This document shows positions 46,779-60,380 of a stretch of 64,000 bases of DNA, piece after piece. The stretch is from positions 2,170,001 to 2,234,000 of the forward strand of contig CM074813.1 of assembly GCA_037447605.1 (NCBI GenBank), written 5' to 3'. The DNA is from Zygnema circumcarinatum SAG 698-1b. Taxonomy: Eukaryota; Plantae; Zygnematophyceae. A program made the position numbers and the translations under genes. The number at the start of each line of letters is the position of its first letter. Position 1 is the stretch's first letter. Below the pieces are notes generated by a model. That model was not told where the DNA came from. It saw nothing but the letters and a program-made list of their open reading frames with translations, and ran no database searches.

Positions 46779-48729
46779 CTACGCCCAAGCTCGAGTTTTC
46801 TTGACCAAGTCTCTTGTGTCAATGAGGTCAATCTTCGCCGCCAAAATGAAGTCATTCATAGTTACTCCTCCTGCACAGAATAACTCAAACGCCTCTCTGA
46901 AACCCTTCCACTGGCCATACATACAATGAATACGGAATTTGATGAAACACCCTGATCTTTACAGAGCAGGATTCCATGTGTTGGCAGCAGAGGAGGCGTG
47001 TATTCACCTGTAGAGTGGCTGTAAAGGTCGACAGTCGCTCGATTCCAACCCTCGAGATGAAGGTCCGGATGATGGTTCTCCTTTTCCGCAACTTCTGATA
47101 TTCTCTTAAAGAGCTCGAGGCCTGACACAAAGTCTTTCATCTTCCACTCTCCCCTAAGTCGGATTGTGCCATCCACCTCAGCCAGCTTCCAGCCCACAAC
47201 CTGACATGCACCAGAAGTAGCAACTTCGAATGAAATCCAACCCACTTGCTACCATTCATAAAGAGTCATCTTTTTAGACAAGTAACTTATCAATAGTCGG
47301 AAGGCTTTGAGCACTGTTGCGGCGTATGTTCCTATCACAAAAGCAGAAAAAGGAGATACCCTTTCACCTCCGTCATAAAAAATACTGAAGGAGATTTATC
47401 AATTACCATCTTGTGCCAGAGAATGCCTCGTTACTTCCTCCCACTTGAATAATGCTTTAGGAGTGCCTTTGGAGATTGGCTGGAGGACGATCAAAAACGA
47501 ATGCAGAGGCCAGTGCTAGGGCTACTAGAAGCTAAGTACCTTCCGAAGAAGCGCTTTTGCATCATCAAAAGACAACATAGGCGGCGCTTCACCAGATGTC
47601 TGGCAACTGTACTGAGCAAGCCCAGTAATTTCTCTGCAAGGTTCGAGCCAAAAAAACGGTCATTTAACCTCGCAGATGATAACCGGCACATAGAGCATAC
47701 CAACGTCGAAAACAAGCTGGCAGCCGCAGCATGCAAACTAAAACCAAAATGAGGAAGACGTAGTTCCAAACGCTTATTCATTTGGCCAAGATCTTTACAT
47801 GTTGCGGTGCAGTTTTTCATTAGCAGGAGTCTTGCTTCAAAGATGCTGCACCCACACAAACGCTCTAAAACCTAATAATGAAATCCTCAGTACAGGAAAA
47901 CCATATCTTGCCCTCCGGCAGTAAAAAAAAAAAAGTGGCTTAGAAGGACATCCAGGGAAACCTTTTACTTTTTCCAGGAGAGCGCAGAATAGGATCGGGA
48001 ACATTTGAAATTCTAGCAAAAAAAAATTATCAAAATGTTTTGCCAAAGTGTAAAAATGCCAAAATGTATATTCTGAAGTCCAGTTACAATTCTAGACAAC
48101 CTAGTTCTCGCCAGGTTTCAGAAATCGTGTTTGACAATGTAAGGTGTCCTACATTGATCAGTTCTGTCAAAATTCCGCCCTGTCAAAATTAAGTCGCATG
48201 AGGACAAAAAAATATGGACCATCTTCATACCGTCTCCATTTTGCCATAGGGGCAAAATGGAGCCAATGACAAGGAGGGAGAAAAGGAAGGGAGAGGGAGG
48301 GAGGAAGGGAGCGGGGGGAAGGGGGACGAGCCAAATAGGGAAAGGGAGCGAAATGTGGGAAAAGGGAAGGAGGGAGGTGGAAATGACGGACTGGAGGAAA
48401 GCGCTAACGGTAGAAGAAATGAGGATAAGAAGGAGGGCGGGAGCCGCTGACCTGACATTCGCCGGCAGCAGAATCCGATGCTCCGTGTCTGCCATGCCCA
48501 GAGGCTTCTCTCCGAAACCGGAGCCTATCTCTCCGGGGAAGGGATCCCTCGCTCCCATTGAGCCCAGCGGGTCGCGCTCTGCCGAGGCCCAGCAGGTGCC
48601 GCGCGGTCTCCCATGGCGCGCCCTTAAGGGCAGCGATCCATGGCGGCGATCGAAGGGAGCGTGAGAGGAGGAGAGCTTCGCCACGCTGTGGCTGGCAGCC
48701 AGATGAAGGGAAGCACTGCAGGCAGCCAT
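46779..48729 (-). CDS. RAF2: Plastid pterin-4a-carbinolamine dehydratase-like protein, RAF2/SDIRIP1 type (4 exons, 218 aa)
   Basis: Exons 48729-48452, 47633-47540, 47200-47008 and 46870-46779 (657 nt, in frame). Ser/Ala/Arg-rich transit peptide, RAF2-type segment GARDPFPGEIGSGFGEKPLGMADTEHRILLP, PCD domain, and C-terminal NDFILAAKID..RAWA* as in recalled Arabidopsis At5g51110. Confidence 0.9.
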
Positions 48730-49098
48730 GGCGGCTGGGAAGCAATGAGGGAGGAACAAGGACCTTGGAGGGGCTATGCAAAAAGCGCTGCCACGGATCG
48801 TTCCATGCGGACAGCGTTACACTCTGTTCCTATCTCCGTTGTACAAAGCACGAGTGCGAGTTTCCATGCCCTTGTTCCTGTTTCAGTTTCCCCGTGACGT
48901 TGCAAACCAGTTCCATTCGCATGAATCTCTCCTTTGCGAGTGGTTGGTTCCTCGTGGTTCCCCAGTTGTGTACCGCGTTCTCTCTATAAGTAATTGGCGA
49001 AATTAGACAAAACACAAGCTCCTAGAAAAATTTGATGTTTTTCTTTTTCGGCAAATAGAGAAACCTCACGTTCCAAACTAGGACAATAACGCGGTCCC

Positions 49099-49320
49099 TG
49101 AGCTACCTTCGATGGCCTCTCTCGCCATCGTGAGACCAAAAGTGCCAAATTCTCTTGCCTTCTTCCACCCCTAGACACGTTTCCATTCCAACGTCCCCAC
49201 ATGGTGCGTGCCAGTGCAGGCAAAGCCGCCGGTATTCAAAGGAGGAAAATGGCATTGAACTCACGATGGCGAGGCCATCAAATGTACATGGACAAAAGCA
49301 GCATGTGGAACCACGAGGGA
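49099..49320. repeat. Short inverted repeat plus MULE-related dispersed motif upstream of RAF2
   Basis: TTCGATGGCCTCTCTCGCCATCGTGAG (~49099-49135) is the inverse of CTCACGATGGCGAGGCCATCAAA (~49260-49283); the right arm continues into the motif shared with 410-490. Confidence 0.65.
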
Positions 49321-50637
49321 AGGGTATTCAAAGGCTCTCGTTTGTGAGTGAGCTTGCATGGATCGGCTATTGCGCTCACACGACGGGTCTGGCGAACAGC
49401 TGGCTCTATGACGGGTCGGCACATGGGTACCGTACGTTCTACAATCGGTTATGTCCTGTCTAGGGTTAATTCCTGATGACTGCACACCGCTCATAGTACT
49501 GTAGTTTGTGTGGGCAGACAAATACTGTGGGCACGCAACTACTGGCTGTCTTGGGCCAACTCATGCCGCAATTTAGAGTGGGCTGTTTACGAAGTTTATT
49601 TTTATATGAGAGAGGATCTATGGGTATGTGTATAGGAAATACTCATTTACATGAGCCGAGGTATCGCTATGATCGATGGACAGTTGTGAGACACTGAGCG
49701 AGGTTCTAGCACCATTGCAAGTTTGCTGCCTCCAGTTTGCAATTCCAATCGGTCAGTTTCGACCCGTGAGTGAACTTCAATTGAAACTATCTGGTCAATA
49801 GTACGCGATTCAATAGCTGAGTGCTTTGTTGTCATGTGCTTCTTTTTAGTGCTAAAAAACCCGGAACGGAGGGAGAGGAGGGCCAGGAGAAGGAGACAAA
49901 AACATGCGATATTGTAAAAAATCAATAATAAATTTGCCCTTCAGGATCCGAATCACTATCGATCGGTTCAGGACAAGGTTAAGAGATATCCGTATATTGC
50001 AATTACATGATCTTCAGGAGCCGGATCCGTGGCGCACTGGCGTCAAGGTGGAACTACAGTTCAACAAAAAACCCGACGTTTCTAAGTCGATTTCTTTATC
50101 CCTTGCATCTCCAGCCCAGTTGCACAGCGTAAGCCTGAACTGCGCTAAGCGTAAAAAGCTGTTGCCTCTGCTTTCATGCAGTACATTGTGAAGCCCATTG
50201 AACTAAATACACTCAACCTCCAAATCACAGTTGCGAAGCGTCCTTCACTTGCAGAAGGATGTCCCACGAAGCGCGACAAGAGAGAACAACAGAACAAAGC
50301 TGGAGAAGAGGGAGTAACGAATCATCTGCTGTACTGTACTGTCAGCTTGGATATCCTGCCAATCAATCTTCCACCTTCAAAATTGGAACTATAAGCGGGT
50401 GCACTTGTGCCAGGTAGACAATAGCCCATCTGCAGGGAAGTAAAGTGCAACCTTTGTGTGTGAGGGAAAGAGATAGAGACACGCACGACGGGACAGGAAA
50501 AGGAGGGAGAGAGGGGAAGGAGAAGAAAAAAGGGATAATGGAGAGGAGGTGCAGACGAGAAGAAACGGTGAAAGAAGGGGCAGAGGCAGGGGGGGGGAAG
50601 GGGGAAGGAAATGGAGCCGGAAACGAATATGAAAGAG

Positions 50638-50794
<157 letters not shown>

Positions 50795-50926
50795 AGGGGT
50801 GGGGGAGGGGAGGGGGGAGAGGGGGGAGTGGGAGGACAAGACAGAAAGTTGCATCTGTCACAGGAAGCAGTCTAAGCCACACATAAATGCAGAGGGTTCG
50901 TCTCGGATGCAGCCATGCACGAAACG

Positions 50927-51490
50927 TCATCCCAATTGCTGTTTCCAACTTGAAACTATGGTTTCAAAGTTGACAGGAACTCTGCGTGGCCTTCGCACGC
51001 AGAGTGAAGAACTCAAGATTGTTCCAGGATGAACGTATTTGACTGTTACTGAATATCAAAGCATTCTTTATTCGCACTGGGCATAACTGCAAAAGCAACT
51101 TACACCATCCACAAGCAGAGGACTGTAGTGATGGCGAGCGTCATGTGTAGCCTGCAAACACAAACAAGAAGGTAAGCAAAGAAGAAGAGCGGGTGGGGCA
51201 GCGAAATCAAATTCTGCACCGCATGAGCCTCCTTTCAAAAGCAACAAGAAGCCTCCTGCAGACTGCAGAATAAAAAGGGGCAGTAGATCGACATTCTGTG
51301 AGGATTGCACCTCCAAACAATCAATAGATACTTGTAAGGTCAAATGACCTCATACTGGTAGCTGATACGCGCAAGACAATGCGGACACTTACAAGCTTGT
51401 AGAGGGACTCTTCTTGCTGTAGACGCGGGCTCCAACTGCTGCGAGGAAGCCAATCGCAAAGAATAGAAGTGACGTCGTAAAGAACTTCAT
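50927..51490 (-). CDS. 78-aa microprotein with two hydrophobic segments (4 coding exons)
   Basis: Exons 51490-51393, 51255-51220, 51151-51104 and 50981-50927 (237 nt, all GT-AG, phases 2/2/2 consistent) give MKFFTTSLLFFAIGFLAAVGARVYSKKSPSTSLRLLVAFERRLMRLHMTLAITTVLCLWMVVPVNFETIVSSWKQQLG*. Confidence 0.65.
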
Positions 51491-52977
51491 CTTTCACTCT
51501 CTCCGGAAAGACAATTCAACGCTTTTTTGTGAAATAGGATCAAGGGAAACTGATATCCCTGCAGGAAGTTTGAAGCTCCGACAGGAAGGACAAGCTAAAG
51601 CAGGTATTATACTATCCGTTCAGATATATCTATCTATTCACGACGGCAAAATTAATTGAAAGTTTACGCAGCTTGATCATGCAAAGCAGACCCAGTGGCA
51701 ACGGAGGAGAGCTTGCCCTAAAATGAACCAGCAGCCTCCACCTTCCAAAGCGGGCAAAAAGCTCCTGCCCAAAAATTGGCCCACTGCTGAACGGGCAGCT
51801 TTTTAAATTACTATTCCATTCCCCACTGACCGATAAAATGTTTGGAGCAGGCGTGGCCGTCCGATCAAAACAATCGACCGACAAAATTTCGCCCGTACTT
51901 ACAAGTACAGAAACAATTTCCTTCCTTTTTTATTTCAATGTTTCTTCTTACTTTTCTGACCCTTGGAAGCGACCCTTCCCCTCGGAGGCTCCCAAGCTCC
52001 CGGTTGGACCAAAATGGCCTCTCCTGTACGGCCCTACGAAAGTACGGTCCTATAACGGAACAGTGTACGGCACCCTTCCCATGCGCAGCGGAATAACTGT
52101 TGTCAAACTGTCAGCGCATGGAACCGTTCGCACTGGCCTCGCTGGTCTCTCCCTAGTCGCTGAAGTCCTTCGCGCCCAGTTCCTCGTGGTTCCCCATGAT
52201 GATTTTGTCCATGTACATTGATGGCATCATCGCCATCGTGGGATCAATGCCATATCTTCCCCTTCTAAAAGTTATAATGAGGCCTCTCTCGTTTTTGAAA
52301 AAAGTTTCAGGCCGCAAGCGATCACCCAACTTCATAAAACTCGACCAGGCCAATTCGCCACCAAGGAAACTCTTATTCAACTTATTGAACTCACAGCCAG
52401 GAGAAGGCTTCACTTGCTGCTCTAACAAAAAATTCCCGACAGTATGACCTACAGAGTTTGAAACCCGCGTTTGAAACAGAGTCTCGATCAGAGTACTTGG
52501 CACAAGACAGGCTGCTTTACTGAGGATTGATGGATCTGAAAGAATAAAGAATGAAAAAGCACGTCTGCTGCTACTGCTGCTGCTGCTGCTGTACTATCCT
52601 TCTATTAGGCTTTACAGAGTTATAGACTTGGAGAACAACAGCATCCTTTTCCAATCAACCAAGCCAAACGAAGGGCCCAGGATCGAAGAAATTCTCGTCC
52701 GTAGTGCCGATTGTTTGTTTCAAGTCTGGTCGTCTTGACATGTATTAACTCTCCATCAGTCAACAGGCGTCGTTATCATTTCAGGGGAACCACAAGGTCA
52801 TGTGCTGCTCCGTCCCATCACCCCCACACCAAAGCCATCAGTACGAAGCCGGTGAACTTGCAAGCATCTTGGCTTTCAGATGCATGCTTTATCAGCAGCA
52901 TACATCGCACTTGTCTGAACGACGCAGAATAGACAACTTACTGAAGCTTCACAATGCCACAAGCAGCGTTGTTCAAG

Positions 52978-54990
52978 TCAGGAAGCCCATGTACAGGCAG
53001 AAGAACATGTGCGGACACTGAAAGCCAATGCCGACCCCTCAGCAAAGCCATGACCAAACGCACCTTTCCACTCCCAGACAACACGCGGCAGCCCGTCCAC
53101 CTTGTGCTGGTAAATAGCTATCCGAGAGTCTTTTTTAACCAGCAGCTCCACTCGCTGCCAGACTTCTCTCCTTCCTCGCTGCTCTCGGAGGGAAAGGAGA
53201 GTATCCCTGAGATGGACTGCGACTACCCGGCGCATCGCAGTTTCCTTCGCTTGAGCACGACTCAACAATTCAATGCAAATCTGCCCTCCCACATGGTACA
53301 ATATACTTGCTCAGTGTGCTATTTTAATGAGACGCTTTACTTTCTGTATTCTGCGACAAAGCTATCCTAACACCTGTAATCTTCTCACACGGTCCAGCTG
53401 AAATTGCAACAGACTTACTGCCAGCGAAGCGTCTTTAAGACAAGCAATTGCAGAAACAAAGCATGTCTCAACCGATCCACGATGCAGCACATCATACCTG
53501 ACTCGTGTCGAAAAGTTTAGCCAAATTCGCAACAACTTCCTGATGGTTGGTCCTTCCTCACTAAAAGTTACCAGACGGCCTGAGGGCAGGGGCTTTATGG
53601 GAGCTAGGAAACCTTGTCACTTCAAAAGAGCTGTGGCGAATAGACTCACCTTTTCATAAATTTCTTCCGCTCGTCTCTGCACCTTCCGATTCTTCCAAAG
53701 AAGTCGCATCAAGCACATCGCAATTATAGTAATGAAGACAATAAGCAGAAAAAATGTTGGGTTGGACGTTATCCAGTTGCGAAGGTAACAGCTGAAGCGC
53801 GTGAATATCGGCACTACATCGTGTGGACATCGAAACTTCACCTCCCCAGTTTCAAGGTCCTCTTCACGTTGCAGTATCCTAGCTACTGCATGGAACGCCT
53901 TCTGAACCACAATCTGCTGCCGGGCCTCCGGACTCAAATCTCCCGTATCATATCTTTCCTTTCCGAGGCTTACTTCTGTGCTCCTACCCGTGGCTTCCTC
54001 TTCACTCCAGACCTGACCATCAGCCGCTTTCAAAATATCCATGGAGTTAACAAATTCGGCCTCCCCACAGAATTTACTCCGCTGTGCACAAACAAAATGA
54101 AACATTTTCTGTTCTAATTCCTCCACTTCTCGCCTCAAGAACCGATCCGGAATACAGCGGCCAAAAGACTTCTGAAATCCGAATTCGCAATGAAAGGATT
54201 CCTTGGAGCAAGACGCGTGCATTGGACATGGCTTGCAGTGACTCAAAAAGCCGATACTGTTTAAGGAATCCGGCAGCCAGGAAACAGTGTGACTCGGACC
54301 TTCACAGTAGGGCTTCAATAACATCCTTGATAAAAAGATGATATTAAAACGAACAAAATATGCTATTGCGATGAGCCCAGCAACCCTTGTGATGACCAAA
54401 ACAGCCTCTGCTGCTAGCTTCGAGCGGCGCAAGAAAGTGAAAGTACCAGCAGGACGTTTCTTTTTTTTCGAAGAGACTTTCGACTGGAATGTATTGCCAG
54501 CACTCTGGATATTCTGCCAGTTGTCCGACAACCTTTCATTTAAGGATGCAGATTTCTGCTCTTCACAAACTTTCCTTTTGTCCATCGCACATTCTAGAGC
54601 TCCTTTAGCTTCATTTCCTTGGAAGGGTGAGGAAACAGAATTCAAGGAAGAAAGGCGCCCAGCTCTGTAGCTTTTCGGACTACCTCCACGTGACGAAACG
54701 GTTTTTGGCGGTTCAGAATTTAATCCCGTTTTCTGACTTCTGATGTCGACGTTTACAAGAGGACCAGCAGCAGTAGCAGCAGCAGCAGTCTGTTCTAGAA
54801 CAGGCCATCCCGGTGAGGGAATGGCTGTGACGCCCACACCATATGCAGAGGAGAATAGAGGGGGCGAGGAAGGGCTACAGCTCGATCCTGAAATACGGAT
54901 AGGTTCAGAGGGAGTAGCCTCAGAGTCCGCGCGATCGTGTCGCTGGGTTAGATATGGAGATTTATTAACGGAGAACGGTTTCTGCGCCAT
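52978..54990 (-). CDS. MAN1: Inner nuclear membrane protein MAN1/Src1 (MSC domain)
   Basis: Exon 54990-53651: low-complexity N-terminus, TM1, Cys-rich luminal domain (CKPCPMHASC..C..GFQK..GRCIPD), TM2, RAEEIYEK. Exon from 53283: ICIELL..VHLRDTLL..WQRVELLVKKDSRIAIYQHKVDGLPRVVWEW (winged-helix MSC). The C-terminus may splice to a further exon ending near 52395. Confidence 0.88.
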
Positions 54991-55159
54991 TTTCGCACAT
55001 CAAATTAGTGCGAAAGAACCTGAAAGACAGAAGAGGAAGAGAGGTATGCGTGGGAGGGAGGGAGAGAGAGGGATAGGAGACAGTGGGAGGCGAAATGCTG
55101 AGACGGAGGGGGAAGGAGACAGGCTACGGGAGAGGGAGCAAAATTTGAGCACTGTTATC

Positions 55160-55290
55160 CGATATCGTATCGGTACCATACCGTATTGTATCGTATCGGT
55201 AGCTTACGGCCACCAACGGCACCAAATTTGAGAGTACAGTACAGTACTGTACCGTACTGTCAATTTTTTGTACGGTACGGTATGACCAAC
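55160..55290. repeat. TATCG/GTAC short-repeat cluster upstream of MAN1
   Basis: GATATCGTATCGGTACCATACCGTATTGTATCGTATCGG...GTACAGTACAGTACTGTACCGTACTG...GTACGGTACGGTATG; the same motifs as the interior of family B elements. Confidence 0.75.
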
Positions 55291-56209
55291 CCGATCAACC
55301 GATGAAAGTGCCAACCATTGGCGATGGCTGGCTGGTTCCACCAACCAATGGATACAACCGTTGGCCATCGGCTGACCTAATGATTCGACCCGTCTTAGGG
55401 CTTGACGTGTATCACATGAGGAGGGCAAGGCTCTCCCCTCTTGAAAAGGAAAGGAGGGGATAAGGATGGAGTCCAAAAGACTGGCAATGCTGGAGAGCAC
55501 TCCTTTAGGACAAAACGTCTGCGCTTAGATGTTTGTAAGGTGGATGCACTCCCCTCATTGCCCGCACGTACCTCCATGAATCAGACTGAAAAACGGAAAA
55601 AGGAGCTCCCACAAATTATGCAGCGAAAGCATTTCGTTGCACAAAGCGCACACCACTGTTGCTGCAAGGCCAATCCAGCACACCCACGTTTTCGCATCCG
55701 CTAGAACTGTGCTAGGTGACACGTGACAGAGATTAGGAGGCTGCAAATGAGACGCGTCTACGAGTCCACAGCTGCTCTCTCAGGCTCATCTAATATTCGT
55801 ATACGGCTGGTTTCTAAGTCGCAGTTTGAAAAACACGAGCGTGTGTACAGCAGCAGAGCGCGGCGAATGGCTGAATGGCGATGGGATGCACATGGCGCAT
55901 GGCCGACTGACTATGGCGATGAGCCATGGGGACATGCAGGCCGCCCTTCGGATGCCATGGCCACCCCCTTCCCCACTTCCCCATCCACAGAGTAGCTGCA
56001 ATGCCCTCTTAACTCATGAATGGAAGGACTATGAGAATGGGAAAGGAGGAGCACTTGGCTAACCACAAAAAGGATGTTACACAAGAATGCGCGGTTGTAC
56101 AAAGGAGAGACACTCCTTGGCTAAAACAAGACGCAGAATCTATACAACTCCTCCATTGCCTTCTGGAAGTGTCCTCGTTCACAACCATAAAGGAGCATAG
56201 AAATGCCAC

Positions 56210-59200
56210 TCATGTCTTCAAAGGCGCCTTCTTTTCTCGATCAGATATTCGTGCAGGCCCTGTCGTATGTGACTTGAACCTCCCTCTACCCCCTCCATCC
56301 TCTTCCTTATCCTGCTTCCAACCACCCGCGAACAAAGACCTCACGTTAACATCAAATACGGCATGCAATTTGTGAGCACAATCGAGTCGCAACGCCTGCC
56401 CACGTAATCTCTAGCGGAATGACTTGATTCGTTGTCAAATCTAACAGTCTAGGGTAAAATTCCTCCTAAAGGGAGGCTCCCTCATAGGGGGTTTACCTTT
56501 TTCTTGACAATTTGGACAACATCCTCGTCATGCAAAGTATGTGACGTCCCGCAGCGCTGGGGGTAGTGCTTAGCACTGGTCCCCCAGCATAAAACATATT
56601 TGACATCTTTCAGTAAGCTGCGATGGATGTGATTGCAGAAGTCCTCAACAGAGCAACCACCTCGATCCTGCACAACCACCAAGTAACGCTCAGAACAAAG
56701 AGAAACATTTAAGAAATTGTACGATATCACAAAAGGTGACATACCGACACACAAGCATCGGCACTGACAATGTCATGATAGCCAATGTAAAGCAATCACC
56801 GCCGAAAAAAAGGACTTTCAGGGCACTACATAAGTCAATAAAGTCGTTTTCAGCCATTAGATGACGAGCGAAGTATAGGTCTCACCGTTGAGAGAACAAC
56901 TGGCTCGGAAAAGTCGGGCTGTTGGCCCTGCGGCTTTGTGTACACTCGCACAAGGCCCATCTCCTCCCACATACGGGCGAGCAAGCGGTCAAGGTTCAGC
57001 TGGGGGCCACACGTGCAAGGAAACCATCATCATCATCACTTGCGTTTTCTTACAATGGACACCGCTACGAACAACTGTCAGGGAGGTTCCATACAGCCCA
57101 ATATAGCTGCAGCTTGCCTTCAGATATGGCCTCGATCATGTCTTTGTGTGCAGACTGGACTGCCACAATGCGGCTACATACTTACAATAACTTTTTGAGA
57201 CAGCAGAATAAGGAAGGCAAGACCTCAAGTCTAAGAGTAACCAAGCTTACCCTGAGATTACAACTGATAACAATGGAGTTGGCTTGACGTGCGAGTCGGT
57301 CCACATCGTCGATACCGACCACATCAATCTTGTTGTATACATATACGCACTTAATGTACTTTCTGTTACCCTCAATGACGTCAATCAGGTCGTCTACAGT
57401 AGCATCCTCTCTGAACAGCACCTGGAGAAAGGAAAATAGGTCACAGGATGAATCGTAAGAAACTGCGTCTGCAGAATGAGATGAAACCGAAGAAGAATGT
57501 AGAAGAATGTGCATTAAGGACTACAGTATCTAGAGGAAGATAGCAAAATAGAATGATGCAAAGTCGTCAAACGAACTTTAAGAGAAAAATGAAGGAAAGG
57601 AAAGGTGTGTGAATGTCGCTGTCCAGGTAAGCTAAGAGGAGTCACCTCCGCATTGTGAATCTTGTATTCATGCAAAATTTGGTAGCACAGCTTCTCATCG
57701 ACGTGTGTGAGAGCCGACGTTGTATTGAAGGAAATACCTCCAGTTTTTTTGCGTTTGAAATATATCTGCTCCATGGAAAAGCTGGTGAGATCAACTCCTA
57801 TTCAATCTCGTGGCTCATAACACGTGTAACGAAAGTATACTTGGGCACAGGAAGCGTACAAGCAACAACGATCCAACCAGGCGACCAAAACCACACAAGC
57901 CCCTTTGAAAGAAACCAGCAATCCACTTTAACCACCCCCGAGTGTGCCTCTTTTCACCTGAGGAGGTCGCTTGTTCAGCCGAAGGCCGACAGCCTCCAAC
58001 TCTCGCGTTAAAATCTGTCTATGCCCCTCGCTCTGCAGTTCAAGCCCTTTCCCCAAATTTTCCCGTGCTTTCCGCTGCGTAAATATCCTCCTAACATGTT
58101 GACTTAAGCTTCCAACCTCACAACTCACTCCAAGGGGCTTCCGAGATGCTCAAGGGCTCCATGACTCTTCTCTGTTATCCAAAGCAGTGTGATGTACACC
58201 TTATGTTTTCATGACTGATTACATTTTTAGCATACTCCTTAAATTAAGTGAGAGATTTTTTAGACCAGGTGACACTGTTTACCAACTTTTCCCTCCGCAA
58301 CAGAGCAATTGTAAGCGCACCTTAGAAGCATCGAGCACCATCAACACAACGTCTGATGACTTTGCAACTGCAATTACCTGGCCATTCAGAACCGACCAAT
58401 AGTCTTAGTAATGATGTACCATAAGTGGTCAGATCTCATGATGTGAGGGCAAGGGGCTGCAGATGTACATCATGCTACACTGAATGAAGCAATACAAAAC
58501 AGTGAAACTTCCCGCATACCGTCGTTCAATTCGCCAAAATGGATAACTACCAAAGGATGACCCAAACAAACTCCTGATTTCCTATTTTTGTAGGGGAGTC
58601 GTTCACATGGTTCTCCCAGCCTAAGCTGCCTTTGGGGAAACACCAAATGCAGCTGATATCAGCACAAACTACAGGAGGTGGTCTAAGACTTTAGGAGCTT
58701 CATACTACTTAGTTGCTTGGAGTCCTCAGGGTACAAATAAAAAAACCATAAATGCCGTGTCTCACCTGCCGACCGCGTCCCTTGCCTTCGGAAGCACCCT
58801 CGATAATACCCGGCAAATCCAGAAGCTGAATTTTAGCGTCATTATAGTGAATGATTCCGGGAATGCACGTCAGGGTGGTGAACTCGTAAGCAGCAGCTTC
58901 CGACTGTGTCCCGGTGAGCAAAGTAAGCAATGTCGACTTTCCAACACTGTCAAACGCACCTTCCCAACCAAGGGGAATTAAGAGATAAAGAAAAGGAGAG
59001 AGGCGAGGGGAGAGAAGAGAAGGAGACAGAGATTTATGCATATATAGCGAAACAATTGGACTACAGCGCTTGCGCACATCTTTGCCGTAGTTTAAGTTCA
59101 ATTATATTTTTTCTTTAAGTAGGGAGAGAAAGGATGAGATCGGCTGTCAGGAAAGCTAACGGGACAGAGGACAAGCGATCGTGATGCACCTGGGAAATCC

Positions 59201-60380
59201 AATGAGTGCCACGCGACCATGCCCAAATTTAGTCACCTCGAAGCCGTCTCCAGCGCCGCTTGCTCCCTGTCACGAGAAGCCAATCAGTACTGAAGACGAA
59301 AATCAAATCTAAAAGACACAACCAAGGACCCCCTGTGTGCTCACACCTTGCTCAGATCCAGTCTGGTTTACTGAACTCCATGCTTGACAATTCAGCAGTT
59401 GGTAGAAGAGCGCGACACAAGTTTTGCTATCAAGCCGCAGCAAATGGGATATAGCCAGACCTTTATGTGGTTTGAACCAACGCAAGCATCCACAGGCCGT
59501 ACCGTTCCTACATCCCATTCTAAATCAAGTTTTTCCCAGTTGCTATGTGTTCCTCCTTACTCAAAATTTCAAAACATTAGCTTAGAGCACTTGCTCCTAT
59601 CCATCCCTATTATCATCCGCCCCTTCACATTGTCGTTTGCAGATTCCATATGTAATGACATAAACTTGAATTTTTTCTAGCAAACACGGTTTCTTCCCAT
59701 ATGGATAACATAGTTGGGGGCATCTCGTCATGAGACTTGAAAATAACGAGTCAATAATAGTTTCTCCCCATAATGCTTAAGTTAGTAGTTTCAAAATGAA
59801 ACTCACACCACTAGGCGACTGTCATAAGGACAGCAAGAGGGGTAAACTTCCGCCGAATGATGGCAGATGAACCTACAAACAAAAAAGAGGCACAACATCC
59901 GAGCAGAGTCTAACGAATATAGAGGAGAAGAACGTTGTCCCAATCATGAATACGAAAAGTGAAACCGCAACAACGAGAGAGTGGCTACCTTTGGTGGCTC
60001 CAACAATTGGGTTCTGAGCTTAGCAAGTTTCGCCTTCAACTGGCCGAGATGATATTCTGTCCGTCAAACAGCAGTTTAAAAATGTCACACAACATTGGAT
60101 GAAATTGAAACAAGCAATTGATCATGAATGTGAATAGTCGATGATGCTAGTCAATAAAATGTTCACAGTGGTCAAGATTATCTTGCTGAATTATAGCAGC
60201 TCGGCGCAAACATGAAAAAGACAGCTATGAGGACGACCCACGCGTAGCCAAATTAGCGAGAAATAAGCGTTAAAAAGAAGCAGGCGGAAAAAAAATCAAA
60301 AGAACCAAACCTGTGGCCTTATTCTTCTGCGTACGACCCATCTCTGCTTCAATCTCCTTGATCTTCTCGAGGACCCCCAT
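56210..60380 (-). CDS. DRG: Developmentally regulated GTP-binding protein (OBG family, DRG2-type; about 10 exons)
   Basis: [23 protein letters not shown]|[23 protein letters not shown]|[26 protein letters not shown]|[39 protein letters not shown]|VIAVAKSSD..|..NKIDVVG..|..TGS domain..|[34 protein letters not shown]1-G4 motifs present. Confidence 0.96.

Noticed and set aside
52153-52503. 116-aa minus-strand ORF between MAN1 and the microprotein gene
   Set aside because: No ATG at the called start and no recognisable motif; overlaps the likely MAN1 3' exon/UTR in another frame.
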